From Octopus sinensis (Eukaryota), in the NCBI RefSeq assembly GCF_006345805.1, contig NC_042999.1:31868001-31932000 (forward strand): a stretch of DNA of 64,000 bases, in the 5' to 3' direction. This document shows, piece by piece, positions 52,377 to 64,000 of the stretch. The position numbers and the translations under genes were made by a program. Position 1 is the first letter of the stretch. The number at the start of each line of letters is the position of its first letter. Below the pieces are notes generated by a model, which saw only the letters and a program-made list of their open reading frames with translations, did not search any database and was not told the origin of the DNA.

Positions 52377-55300
52377 TGGAGAGAGAAGAGTATCATTTTC
52401 GTTATCATCCCTATTATCTACATTATGTTTGTCGCGAATTTTGCCTTTAATGCTGTTGCAATAATACCCTGCTGAACTTATAAAGGTGGCAAACAAGTGC
52501 AAACAACATCATGCGCTTAGGATGTTCACTTCACAATGACTTGATTGCAAGTGCGCTTTCATTATGATCTGGTGTTCACAAATTTCCAGTGAAGACAATT
52601 CTTGTGCGTTAAATTGGATTCTATGTAGATATCAGCAATCACCTGGTTTAATACCATCACACCTTGGTAAGAATGAATAAGACGTTTTTATTCTCTATAT
52701 AAAGTTTATTGTCATCATTGCAGTCTAGGAGAACTCCGGAATGAATAATGGATGTTGCTTTTCTTCTATACATTGAACGTTTTACATTTAATGAAGTCGT
52801 TGCAGTGTTTCCTTAATGGCTTTTCTTTGAACTTTCGTTGCAAATTCTCAGTTAAAATCACATTTCCACAATTCTTTTTTCTATTTCCAGATGTGACGTA
52901 AATATTTCATAAATTTTACGCTTGTTTCAATTTGATATTGTTATCATGAAAGACAACGACCCCTATGATATTACATAGAAAATAATCTCCACACCAGATA
53001 TTTGGTTATTCTCACTTTTTCAGTTGAACCGTATTTACGGTTTAGAACAAAGTCAAATAATAATCATTTCTTTCAACAGTTCTTTCTATAATAACGGTTT
53101 AGATAGTACTGATCATACTTTCATATAAGTTCCACTAATCAATTTTAGGAAATCGTTCACCACATCGCTATTTTCAGGAAGCATTCTAAATATTTGATTA
53201 TTTCGTCAAATTTTATACATAACCGATATTCACTACCTACTCTGTTGTTGTTGAATTTTTCATTAAAAGGGATTTTTTTCCGACAGTGACGATAATATTC
53301 CTAATGTGACATGGAAAATCTTTTAGCTTTAGCTGTTGTACACTTATGGTTTCTGGTTGCCTCAAAAATTGAGCACAAAGATATGTTTATTACCGAATCT
53401 GGAAACTTTTTTTTATACTGTCTTTGTTAATTTATTATTTCTTACTTCTATGTCTTTCTCACTACATTTCAGGCAAACATTATTATCATCATATACGCTA
53501 ACATACTTATCTAGATCTCTACGAGCTGTTAATTTAGTCATCATATTACCGCTTCATTCATTGATATAAATAATATCAGATGACACTTCATCATGTTGCG
53601 AATGTGAGTAATTAGGCAGAATGTCTACTGATCTATGTTCTATGATAAGAATTTTCGAAATTCTCATCTCATTTTACTTCAATGCTTTTAATCAGTATCG
53701 CTTCAAAGTACGCATCCCCTTATTAAATCATTTGTTAAATGTTATTTTAGTTACATCATACATAATCTGCATCTATTCTGTAATACACAGGACTGTAGTT
53801 TTCACAAAAGATCACTTCGTTCATGTATTTGATATTTAGTTACAAAATGTATACTACTATATAAAAATTAAGAATACACTTGACAAAAATTCATTATTTT
53901 CGAGAAGATACTATAAAGAGATAATTATCATCAAATATTTATTATATATTTGTAATTAGACATGTATTTTAATTAATATTATTTGATGTTGATTGCTATT
54001 TCTGGCGTTAATGTCTTGTGAAATGGAGTAGGGAATTGTCCAATATTTATTGCAGTTAGGCAAGGATTATTCTAAACTTTGTAGGTAGACTCAGAATGGG
54101 TAGTGGCTGCATAAACCAATGATACGTAAGAAACCAAGATGGTACAAGACCCTGGTGAAAACCCATTTTTCCAGAGTTCATTTTGAATACAAACTCTTCC
54201 TCTGGACATAACCGATAAAGTAGAAGTTAACTGTTCATCAGTTTGCGATCTGGATTAGAATCGTGTCCAAAGAGGTTTTATTCTATATTCCTTTTGCTTA
54301 AATGAGTGCTACGTGAACACTTTACTCGAGACATTTTCTACATCATTTGTCATAGATGAATTTGTTTAATTAATTGATGCATTGAGTTCATTGTATTGTA
54401 TAACTAAACTCCTCACAATAATTAGTCTTGGGGAAATTCATTTAATTAAGGAAAGTACTAACTTCCATATATTTATTGCCCCTTTCTCCATCATTTGTCT
54501 TCGCTAAAATAATAAATTAATTAGTGAGGTACTTTGTTTCTCCCTAGGTTAATTAGGTAATTTACTGAAGTAATATTTCAAATGATTTGCAACCCACAGA
54601 CCACAATTTAATCTGGATGAGTTAGTTAATAATCTGGAGTATTAACTACGCTCTTACTTTTTCATTCTATTGGATTGTATTAGTTAATTAGTTCAAGTAC
54701 TGATTAGATTGATAATTAATACTATTCCTCTATTCTCTGTTCTTCTTGGGTTAATTAGTAAAGTACCAGCTGATTACTTTCTTCATTTTTATTTTCATTG
54801 CCCTCCATTTAATTAGCTAATGAGTGGAAGTAGTGATTTGTTACGCTCTTGTACCTCATATTTCATACATCCCATCTAATGCAGTAAACAGCCTTTATGA
54901 TGGAAGACAACGCAATTTAAAGATGCAATTTAATGACTGACCGCATTCAGCTGTATTTCAGTCTGTGAAATGAAGGAGTGGGAAAACAATGTGTAAAGAT
55001 GTTCAGTTACGTCCCTTCCTAAGATCAAATGCCGCACACATCAGTTTTGCATTTCATACACTTTTGGATCAATAAATACCATTCTGCCTTTCATCCGTTT
55101 TTGGATAAATAACGTAGAAGAATAAAACGAACATTAACGCTCAGACCATTCATTAACGTGCTTTGACCAATATTAGACGCCGCTGCCATCACCACCACCA
55201 CCACAGTCTCCAATACGACCACGATATTACTCTTCCTCCACCTCCTCCTCCTCCTCCTCCACATAATCAGTATCGTCAACATCGTAACAGTAGCAGAACC

Positions 55301-55413
55301 AAACAGAACAATATAGATTGCTTGCAGGAATATCACACTTGCAACGCCTTCGGCTTCTACGTTTTCAGACACACCATAGTGTTCATCTGTCTGTCTGTCT
55401 GTCTATCTATTTA

Positions 55414-55512
<99 letters not shown>

Positions 55513-55514
55513 AT

Positions 55515-55559
<45 letters not shown>

Positions 55560-55619
55560 TATATATAATCTGTCTGTCTGCCTACACACACACATATATA
55601 TATTTCTACATATATATAA

Positions 55620-55654
<35 letters not shown>

Positions 55655-55711
55655 CATATACATATTTATGTATGTGTATATGTCTGTCTATATATAATAT
55701 AATACATACAC

Positions 55712-55802
<91 letters not shown>

Positions 55803-56509
55803 TACTATTACTGATGGTAATTATATATCTTTATTACTTAATGATATGTCATTGATGTTTCTTTCGTTAGACGAACATACAAGGTTGGGAGTTGAGTGAA
55901 TAATCATTTGCGAAATCGATGTTTCATGGCATACATCTGGTACTGTAATTTATTGTTTACACTGGGTTTCTGAACACTCAGATTAGTCGTGTTCGTACAG
56001 ATGTATGATTACTAATATTCAGGTAATAACTTTGCTATCACATTAGCATGTGTTGTGCATCTCTTTGATTCTGTATTATGTTCATTTTATTAACATAGTT
56101 ATGAATGATATAATAGAGATAGAGGTAATCTTGTTACGATTCAGAGACACGATACACAGATGCGTTCTTTGGCTTGTATTCTTGTAGTTTATAGTACCCA
56201 TCTTCTGATGAACATGAAAGATATATTACCCAGATGTTTGGATAGTATACGACAAAACTGTTTGCCAAAACGTGACATTGACAAATCTATGAATACGTCA
56301 GTGTTTTTTCAGTGCGATAGCGAACAGTGCATTTGTTTGTTACAAACAGTGATATATACAGAAGTCAAAAACCATCCACCAACAGTTGGTCAAAATGTAA
56401 TGCAGATTCGTTGAATGTACCCAATGCTATTTTGAAAAGTTCTACATTAAGCAACAGTTGATACATTTTTTTTCTGGCCAAAAATATTTAGAAATAAGTA
56501 ATAACGAAA

Positions 56510-56622
56510 TAATATAAATTTCTTTACTACCCACAAGGGGCTAAACATAGAGGGGACAAACAAGGACAGACAAAAGGATTAAGTCGATCACATGGACTCA
56601 GTGCGCAACTGGTACTTATTTT
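56510..56622 (-). mobile_element. SINE family B 3' tail
   Basis: tctttactacccacaaggggctaaacatagaggggacaaacaaggacagacaaa...aagtcgat is the reverse complement of 4670-4739. Confidence 0.8.
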
Positions 56623-56676
56623 TGGTTACCTTGATCTAATCTCCTAATATCTTATACGACTTTGGGTCACCATTAC

Positions 56677-56696
56677 CGTTGTTGTTGTCATTATTA

Positions 56697-56743
<47 letters not shown>

Positions 56744-56921
56744 TATTATTATCATTATTGTTGTTGTTGTTGTTGTTGTTGTTGGCGGTGGTGGTGGTGG
56801 TGGTGTTGTTATTGTTATTATAATTATAATTATTATTATTATTATTATTATTATTACTACTACTATTATTATCATTACCATTATTATTATTATTACAATT
56901 ACAATTATTATTATTATTATA

Positions 56922-56983
<62 letters not shown>

Positions 56984-57001
56984 TATTAGTATTAGTATTA
57001 T

Positions 57002-57032
<31 letters not shown>

Positions 57033-57110
57033 GTTGTTGTTGTTGTTGGCGGTGATGGTGGTAGTGTTGTTATTGTTATTATAAATATAATTATTATTAA
57101 TATTATTTAG
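56677..57110. repeat. Compound (TTA)n/(GTT)n/(GGT)n microsatellite with an internal duplication
   Basis: The unit gttgttgttggcggtg.tggtgg..gtgttgttattgttattata occurs at ~56770 and ~57040. Confidence 0.95.
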
Positions 57111-57309
57111 TGAGAGATCAGTACATGTCATCAAAGTGTCACTGGGGTAATATATACGAAATCCAGTATACCCAGCAAGACAACCTATCTGATAACGTTA
57201 CACCAGGCACCTGTATCAGAATCATATATGTGCGACATAGTGATCTCATATCAAGATCAACAAGGTTTGACCTTGTATGTGGGCTGTGGCTTATATTTTT
57301 TAATGAGTA

Positions 57310-58840
57310 TGCTTTCCTTATTTAAACAGAAATATGTTGAAGTGTGTCTCGTGCATTGATAGAGAGACGATTTGGTATTTCAGGCTTATATTTGTGGGGC
57401 ATCTGTCTAGATGTTTACTTACCGAAATTTTCCTGGTCGTGGGGCTTCGGATCTGTCGACTACGTACCGTTATTCTGTACCTCAAGGTTAAAATATTTTG
57501 ACCTATGTAGTCTCCGCCCCCCCCCCCAACAGTTGGGAACATAGATTAAATTCTTCAAAGTACATGTGAAGTGATTTCTCACGGTAAAAATTTAGCTGAC
57601 TTAAATTTGTATAGTGATCCTCTAAGAGGAAATACCAGTCCGCAGTTAGGGCGGTGGCACTTTTTGACTAGTGGGGTTGTATTTTTGGTGGATAATTTGG
57701 CGCTGCTGAATGACTTTATTAGGGAATTCGGTTGTCTCTTGCTTTTAATAATCCTATATGTTTCCAGTGACTTTTTCATTTGCAGGTCCCTCAAAAGTAG
57801 GGTTATGATTTGGTGAGTAACGTTGAATGTTTCCATATTCCTCGGATTATGTGATGATATGGAAGATAATGTTTTAAGTGTGTCATGGTGTTTCCTTATT
57901 TTCCGTAACTCTTGGTAGTCTATTAATTTTGCACTTTCTATTCTGTAAGTTCTTGGATTCACTTTTCTCGGGTTTCCAGATGAGATGAAATCGTGCAAAT
58001 TATTCTTGCTAAGTTGAACGGTATAATTATTTTAGTAAGTTTTGGAGTTGAGGAGGAGAGTAGATGATATTGTTTTGAGTCCGGTGGTTTGAAGATGTCA
58101 GTATCCCTTTCCATGTTTCAAGATGTCCAGCAAGGGTAGCTGCTTGTGTCTGTATTCCATTGTGAACTGGATACTGTGGTTAATGCAGATGATTATGCTT
58201 TAAAAATTTGGCGAGTCGTTCAAGTTTATGTGGCCACAGAATGAAACAGTCATCCATGTAGCGTTTCCAGTTGGTGGGTATGTACTTTTGGAAGTTGTTC
58301 TCAAATTTCAGTCTACCTTGAATGTATATTTGGACTTCCAAGTATGCCAGGACAAGGTTGGCAAAAATAGGGACTACTCCTGTTCCTATCGTCATGCCGA
58401 TGTTTGTCTGTAATTGTTCTCGTTGAATTTGAAGAAGTTGTTCTGTAGGATGAATTATATTCTTTGAACGATGAATTATTTTCCGATTCAGTCAGGAATG
58501 TCATTTTGGAAAATTTTCCAGCCAGTTTTATGTGGCTATTCAGTATTCTTGGAGAATCGAAATGTAGAGGTTTATAACATCAATTGAAAGGAATTCTTCT
58601 TAGAAGGGAATTCTTCTTAGTTTTGTTCAGGAGATGTTCTAAAAATTCCAGATCATCCCTTATGAAGCTCGGTATATGTTGCAGAAGAGGTTTAAGTAGA
58701 ACGTCAATAAAGTTGCTAAACATGTGTGTCTCACACGAGAGACTGGCCTCAATTGGTCTCAGTTAGAGATTGCACGGGTGTGGACTATTCATGACTTCTC
58801 CAGGCTTCGTTTGTAGCTTCACTTTTGTGGTTTTACTGAG
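57310..58840 (-). mobile_element. Degraded PLE (RT plus GIY-YIG), a different family from 27649-32962
   Basis: Minus strand: LRPIEASLSCETHMFSNFIDVLLKPLLQHIPSFIRDDLEFL; SFDV.NLY; GTGVVPIFANLVLAYLE; WKRYMDDCFILW (YMDD at 58249-58260); IIKSKRQPNSL; VKKCHRPNCG; GDYIGQ...LRYRITV...VSKHLDRC. Multiple stops, frameshifts and an internal deletion. Confidence 0.88.
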
Positions 58841-59055
58841 TTTTACTGAATTTTATGAGCATTTAAATTTGTCATCATTTAAACTTTTAAACATGCTTGA
58901 CTAATTCATAATACTAAATCTTTACCGTCGATAAACAAAAAAATATTGTTGAATCTATTTTCGTATATATGTAAGTAAGTACATATATTTAGTTGCATTT
59001 TCAACAACAAATTTGCCTATATTTTTTCCTGCGTGGCAATGCACCTCCTGTTTTG

Positions 59056-59115
<60 letters not shown>

Positions 59116-60236
59116 TATATATTCATATGTTCAAAGTTATATATAAACTAGTTATTCTCTGAACATCGTTTGGTTTCTTTTTTATAGCCTTTGGTGAATG
59201 AAAGTTGGAAATATCTAATTCCTCATAATTTGTGGGAATGTCATCTTCCCCAATTCTAATAGTGTTTCTTATTTCTAATTTATACGTAGCGATTTCTAAT
59301 TTAAGTCTATTCGGTTACTGTGAGCACATCCTGAAATAAGGCGTTTGACGCCCATCCAGCGTAGGTGCGCTACAAAATTATTATAGATGTAACCAGTGCA
59401 AATATACTCACAGGAAAATGAAGCGAATAGTCCAGCAATATATAATGTAAATGCGAGCAAGTGTTCTTATGCATTTCCACATTTTATGATATATAGGTTT
59501 CACACCGTGAAGCCTTTAATCCGTTCACTTTTATAATGATCCGGAGAAAATTATGAATGCCACGAATGGCCTCGTTAGATATTCCTGAAAATCTAAGGCA
59601 ACGTGCGCATGTGAAATGAATAGCTATATTATCTATCATCGTGCAACAGTAACTTTCCAAGACGAGAACGAATAGCCATTACTTCCGAAGCGAGATCTCT
59701 GGTTTGATATATAGTTTTATGATAATATAGGCACCTATACAGCAGCCTGGACGTGCTTGTGTATTTGAACAGCAAATACGTATAGAGAAATGTGCAATAA
59801 CATCAATTTTCCAACATTCGTGCCTGCTATACCCTCAAACATTTACTACAACTAATGTGTTGCAGTTCAGTCAGTGAATAGTAATCAGCACATTAACCAA
59901 CTAAAAGTATTTTATTCGAAAAAACATTTTTAGAAACCGTTTCTAGTTTCAATCATGTCACAGAAGTGTGGTATCTTGTTTAATGTTATGGCTTATACCA
60001 TATAGGCCTGGTTTCACGCCCCGTTACACTTTTGATAACAGGATCTCTTCTGCTGACGATGGATTTTTACATCATCACGCGATTGAAAGAAAAATAATGG
60101 AAACTAACCTTCTCCAACAAATATGACGCTACATTTGGTAAAGTGGTACGCGCAAACATATACATCTATATGCATGCATAAATACATACACAGACACACA
60201 CTCACATATAAACACACGTGTACTCACACACGCACA

Positions 60237-60270
<34 letters not shown>

Positions 60271-60964
60271 TTTGATCTGAGAACATAGACTTTTTGTGGA
60301 GAATGGCGATTTGACGTCTATATCTAGCATGTTGACGGTCCACTTTTCGTGTTCAGTCCTTAAATATATATTGTTATATTTCGGAATGGTCATATGGGGA
60401 GTAATAACGGACCCAGACGAAATATCAAATATTTAAACCTATATATATATATATATATATGTATATGTGTGTGTGTGTTTGTGTGAAGATGGACACATGT
60501 TTTAAATCCAAATCATGACAATTTTTTTCTGTGCGAAGGCAACAGCTGTTATCCTGCAATATTTTACATTTGCATAAATTATTTAATGAATAATTACATA
60601 AATAATTTTGATGTAACACCCACTGTGTACCGACATGTCATCAGCTGACTGAGTTTGGTATTTATTCAGGAAACCATTTAAAAGATACTTTATTCTATAG
60701 TATAAGAAAATCTCAGGGTCCACCATTGGTTATCACTGGACAGAAATAATTGTTGTAAATTTTTATTTACCCCTTCATTCAATCATGTTGTTTTATAACT
60801 TCTTATGGAAATTCCGCATAGAAAATAAGAGTTCCATGTGTATGTCCAATAAATGAAGTAATCCTGTTGCATGATGGCTTACGGTAGTCGAAAACCATAT
60901 ATGAGCTTTGAAATGCGCGTTTTCAAATTGTTACTCAGATTATTATTTCGTCTATTACTGACAT

Positions 60965-61180
60965 CAATTTGTGGAACAAGGCCAGTAATTGTGTTGATGG
61001 GGATAAGTCAATGACATCGACACCAGTCCTACCATGTTCTTATTCTATCGATCCCGAAAGGATGACATGCAAAACCGACCTCGGAAGAAGTTGAACTCAG
61101 AACGTATAGATTCTATACTATAGACGTACAAAATATTCCTAAGTACTTAACCCTGCGTAATAACGATTCTGCCAGGTCGT
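60965..61180 (-). mobile_element. Degraded SINE family B
   Basis: atcgatcccgaaaggatgacatgcaaaaccgacctcgg...gaactcagaacgta...aacgattctgccag. Confidence 0.75.
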
Positions 61181-61550
61181 CTGTCTTATTATTCAGTCTA
61201 ACATTTAATTTATTGGTATTAACTCTGGAACTGTACTTTTACACTAACATTCTTTGCGAAAGCAAGATTTACACATTCCGTGGACTAAACTTTAACTTTT
61301 CAAAATATAATATGAATGTTCCTTGATGTCACTTATCGGTCGAGAAATATAGATAGCTGAAATTAATTACATTTGGATGTTAAGATTAAATTTTTGTTTA
61401 ATAGAAATAATATATACTTTAAAAGAGCTGAAACGAATATGTTTTCTCAGTGTATCCGCATCTATTCATGTGTAAAATTATTTCGTATGTGCAGAAGCAA
61501 ATACAAGTCTACAAACATATGCACACACTAACAGGCAAACAATATGTGTA

Positions 61551-61665
<115 letters not shown>

Positions 61666-61696
61666 ATATCTATCTATCTATCTATATATCTATTTT

Positions 61697-61770
<74 letters not shown>

Positions 61771-61904
61771 GGCACACACACATATTAAGTTGAAGAGAAT
61801 TATCCGTTGTAAATTTTGAATCTCTTTAAAGAATAGGTACATTCTAAGGTTTCCCTAATTTGCCGATTGGTTTATATCATAGGCATTAAAGTCAATCTGA
61901 TATA

Positions 61905-61950
<46 letters not shown>

Positions 61951-62011
61951 GAGAGAGGGGAAGAGAGATAGATAGATAGAGAGACAAACAGATAGATATA
62001 TTTGACTGCGG

Positions 62012-62200
62012 ACATGTTGGAACACTGCTTTTTGTCGAACACATCGACCCCAGGACTTATTTTTTGCAAGCCTAGTACTTATTCTATCAGCTCTTTTGCC
62101 GAACGGCTAAGGTACGGGGATGTAAACACATCAACATCGATTGTCAAGGGATGATGGGTGGACAATCAGAGACACACAAATATACACACACAGACACACG
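62012..62200 (-). mobile_element. SINE family A 3' half
   Basis: gaacactgctttt...cgaccccaggacttatt...ttttgccgaacggctaag...atcgattgtcaag. Confidence 0.8.
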
Positions 62201-64000
62201 CACACACACACGCACACACCCCAAACACCTACACATGGGTACACAGATATATGTATGCATGCATTTTCTTGAAGCACAATAAAAAATAAATGTAAGAAGA
62301 AATAAAACATGAATGAGAAAGCAAAACTAGAAAGTACTATTTGGAGTAGTTTCAAATATACAAGCACATTACAAATTAAAATAGCCATTATAAAGCAAAC
62401 GTATGCCAGAAAACATATATATTGAATTTTTTTCATGTAGACATATTAGGAGTCTTTCTCCAAAACTCCGAAACTGCAGTAGCTGATAAGAAGTGCTGCC
62501 GTCTCTTCGTCTCTATCCGTCATTATGACAGAACATTTTCTACTGGTATCATAGGGCTACCAGTGTTTCGTTCACTAGACCATGAAGCGCCTGAGTGAAG
62601 TAGTAGGGACTAAATTAATCTTCGATGTGGCTGGGTTCACTATGGGGTGTTCTGTTAACCTCATCAATTCTAAGCTGGTTTCAGCTGCGAAGCTTATCCG
62701 CTTCGTGCCTTACGTCAGATATCTTGAATCCACACCAATCCTCTGCTGGAACTACCGCACAAGTCTAAGTACAAATATGCAGCAACGTCTTTGATTGGGG
62801 GTACATGGTAGTGTGATATAACTTACAAGTCGACAAAGGATTCCTGATATTTCCTTTTATTCAGCTGGGGGAGATTATCAATTCTCCTCTCTCAGGACAC
62901 TTCCATTTGAAACATGAGTATGTTTCTGATTAAATTTTCTGGTGGGTGCAATATTACTGCTTCCTACTTTGTGATTCCGAATATACACCTACATCTCCCG
63001 TATGAGTTAGGATTCAAAAAAGAAACAGAGATCCTGGCTGTATTTTTCTCCTGCGAAAAATTGATATTGTGCATTAGAAAACTGATTCCCTTGAGCGAGG
63101 ATGGCAGTTCTTTGTTGGCCTTGAATATATAGCTCTGTCTATTTGCCGACTTCTGTAATGACCTTGTCTTTTCACAACAACTATGAGTTTTCTAGCAGCC
63201 TACAGCATCAGATCAAAACGTGATTCAGCTGGTAAAGAGATCCTCTACACAATTAGTAGTGTGGGTCATCATCTTTGCCTCGAATTGTAAGGCTCCTTAA
63301 GGGAATCAGAGATCAACTCTTCAGACTTTCCTAATGGGCAGTGGGAGATTGAATGCTTGCCGAACTCCGCTGTTGAATCGCCGATCATTTGTACTATGCG
63401 CTCTCTCTCCTTCCCGCTTCCACCTCCCATCTCTCTCTCTCTCTCTTTCTGTCTTGCTTTTAGATTTTATGATTTTCCTCTCTTAGCGCTGCTGTCCCTA
63501 AATTCTAGTGGCCTTTAACAGAATACCAGTTTTAGTATTTTTTCTTCTCGTTTAACAGATTCCTAGAGTTTCTATATTCTGCTTCAGTGAATGGATTTGC
63601 TGGCATATGTTACATCCTCATCCTCAAATAGTAGCATTGCGCTGCTTCCTTTTTCATATGTAGCCTTGAATTTAAAAACCACTGATGGAGTTGGTAGACA
63701 GCGAAGAACTGATTTGCTGTGGTGACTGAGCTGAATGTTGTGTGAGAGAGCAGCTCTCTTCGAGCGCGTTTACATCATTACTTCTCCATTTCCTTCCTCA
63801 GTATTTTTGCAACTTCCTAATCTGATAAATATCACTACAGTCTGTTTGTAAAAGCACCATACCTTGAAAATTTCACGGGGCTGCCTCCTATAAAATACCC
63901 CCAGTATCGCCCTACTCTTTAGGTAGAGACGGGTGTTGTGTTTGCCCTGGTCGATAAAGGTGCAGTCGTAATTCTTCTTAAGAAATCGAACTCCTTCTTT

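Noticed and set aside
56200-56235. CTGATGA-ACAT-GAAA
   Set aside because: Stem I complementarity is out of register and no NUH triplet is correctly placed.
62440-63350. Higher-complexity region, possibly a very old CR1/Jockey-like LINE
   Set aside because: Only vague motif echoes; no RT or APE motif could be read in frame.

Overview
AT-rich eukaryotic genomic DNA, saturated with (TA)n, (AAT)n, (GATA)n and (CA)n microsatellites and at least three families of tRNA-derived SINEs. The repeat landscape is typical of an octopus (coleoid cephalopod) genome; this is an inference from recognised repeat families. No host protein-coding gene could be identified with confidence, and nearly all ORFs in the supplied track are microsatellite read-throughs. 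The dominant feature is a near-full-length Penelope-like retroelement (PLE, Neptune-type; 27649-32962, +). It has direct pseudo-LTRs, an RT (YIDD), a Cys-rich linker and a GIY-YIG endonuclease. Each pLTR carries a minimal hammerhead ribozyme (HHR) with a non-canonical core (CUGUUGA). Just downstream, on the minus strand, lies a separate type I HHR with a perfect core and extended stems (33277-33351), bracketed by ~130-bp direct repeats with a 462-bp period (retrozyme-like or pLTR-like). Further HHR motifs or relics lie at ~38467, 46213, 46833 and 48932. Also present are degraded PLE fragments (3-460, 48100-48240, 57310-58840), R4/Dong LINE fragments (1955-2165, 45589-45892) and a CR1-type LINE 3' end (24247-24780). 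Structural oddities include a ~350-bp fold-back palindrome centred on a (TA)n tract (36808-37159) and a 40-bp long-range inverted repeat flanking a candidate exon (10253-11398). Single-base indels throughout suggest long-read consensus errors, so frameshifts need caution. Repeat boundaries are read by eye and approximate unless stated.
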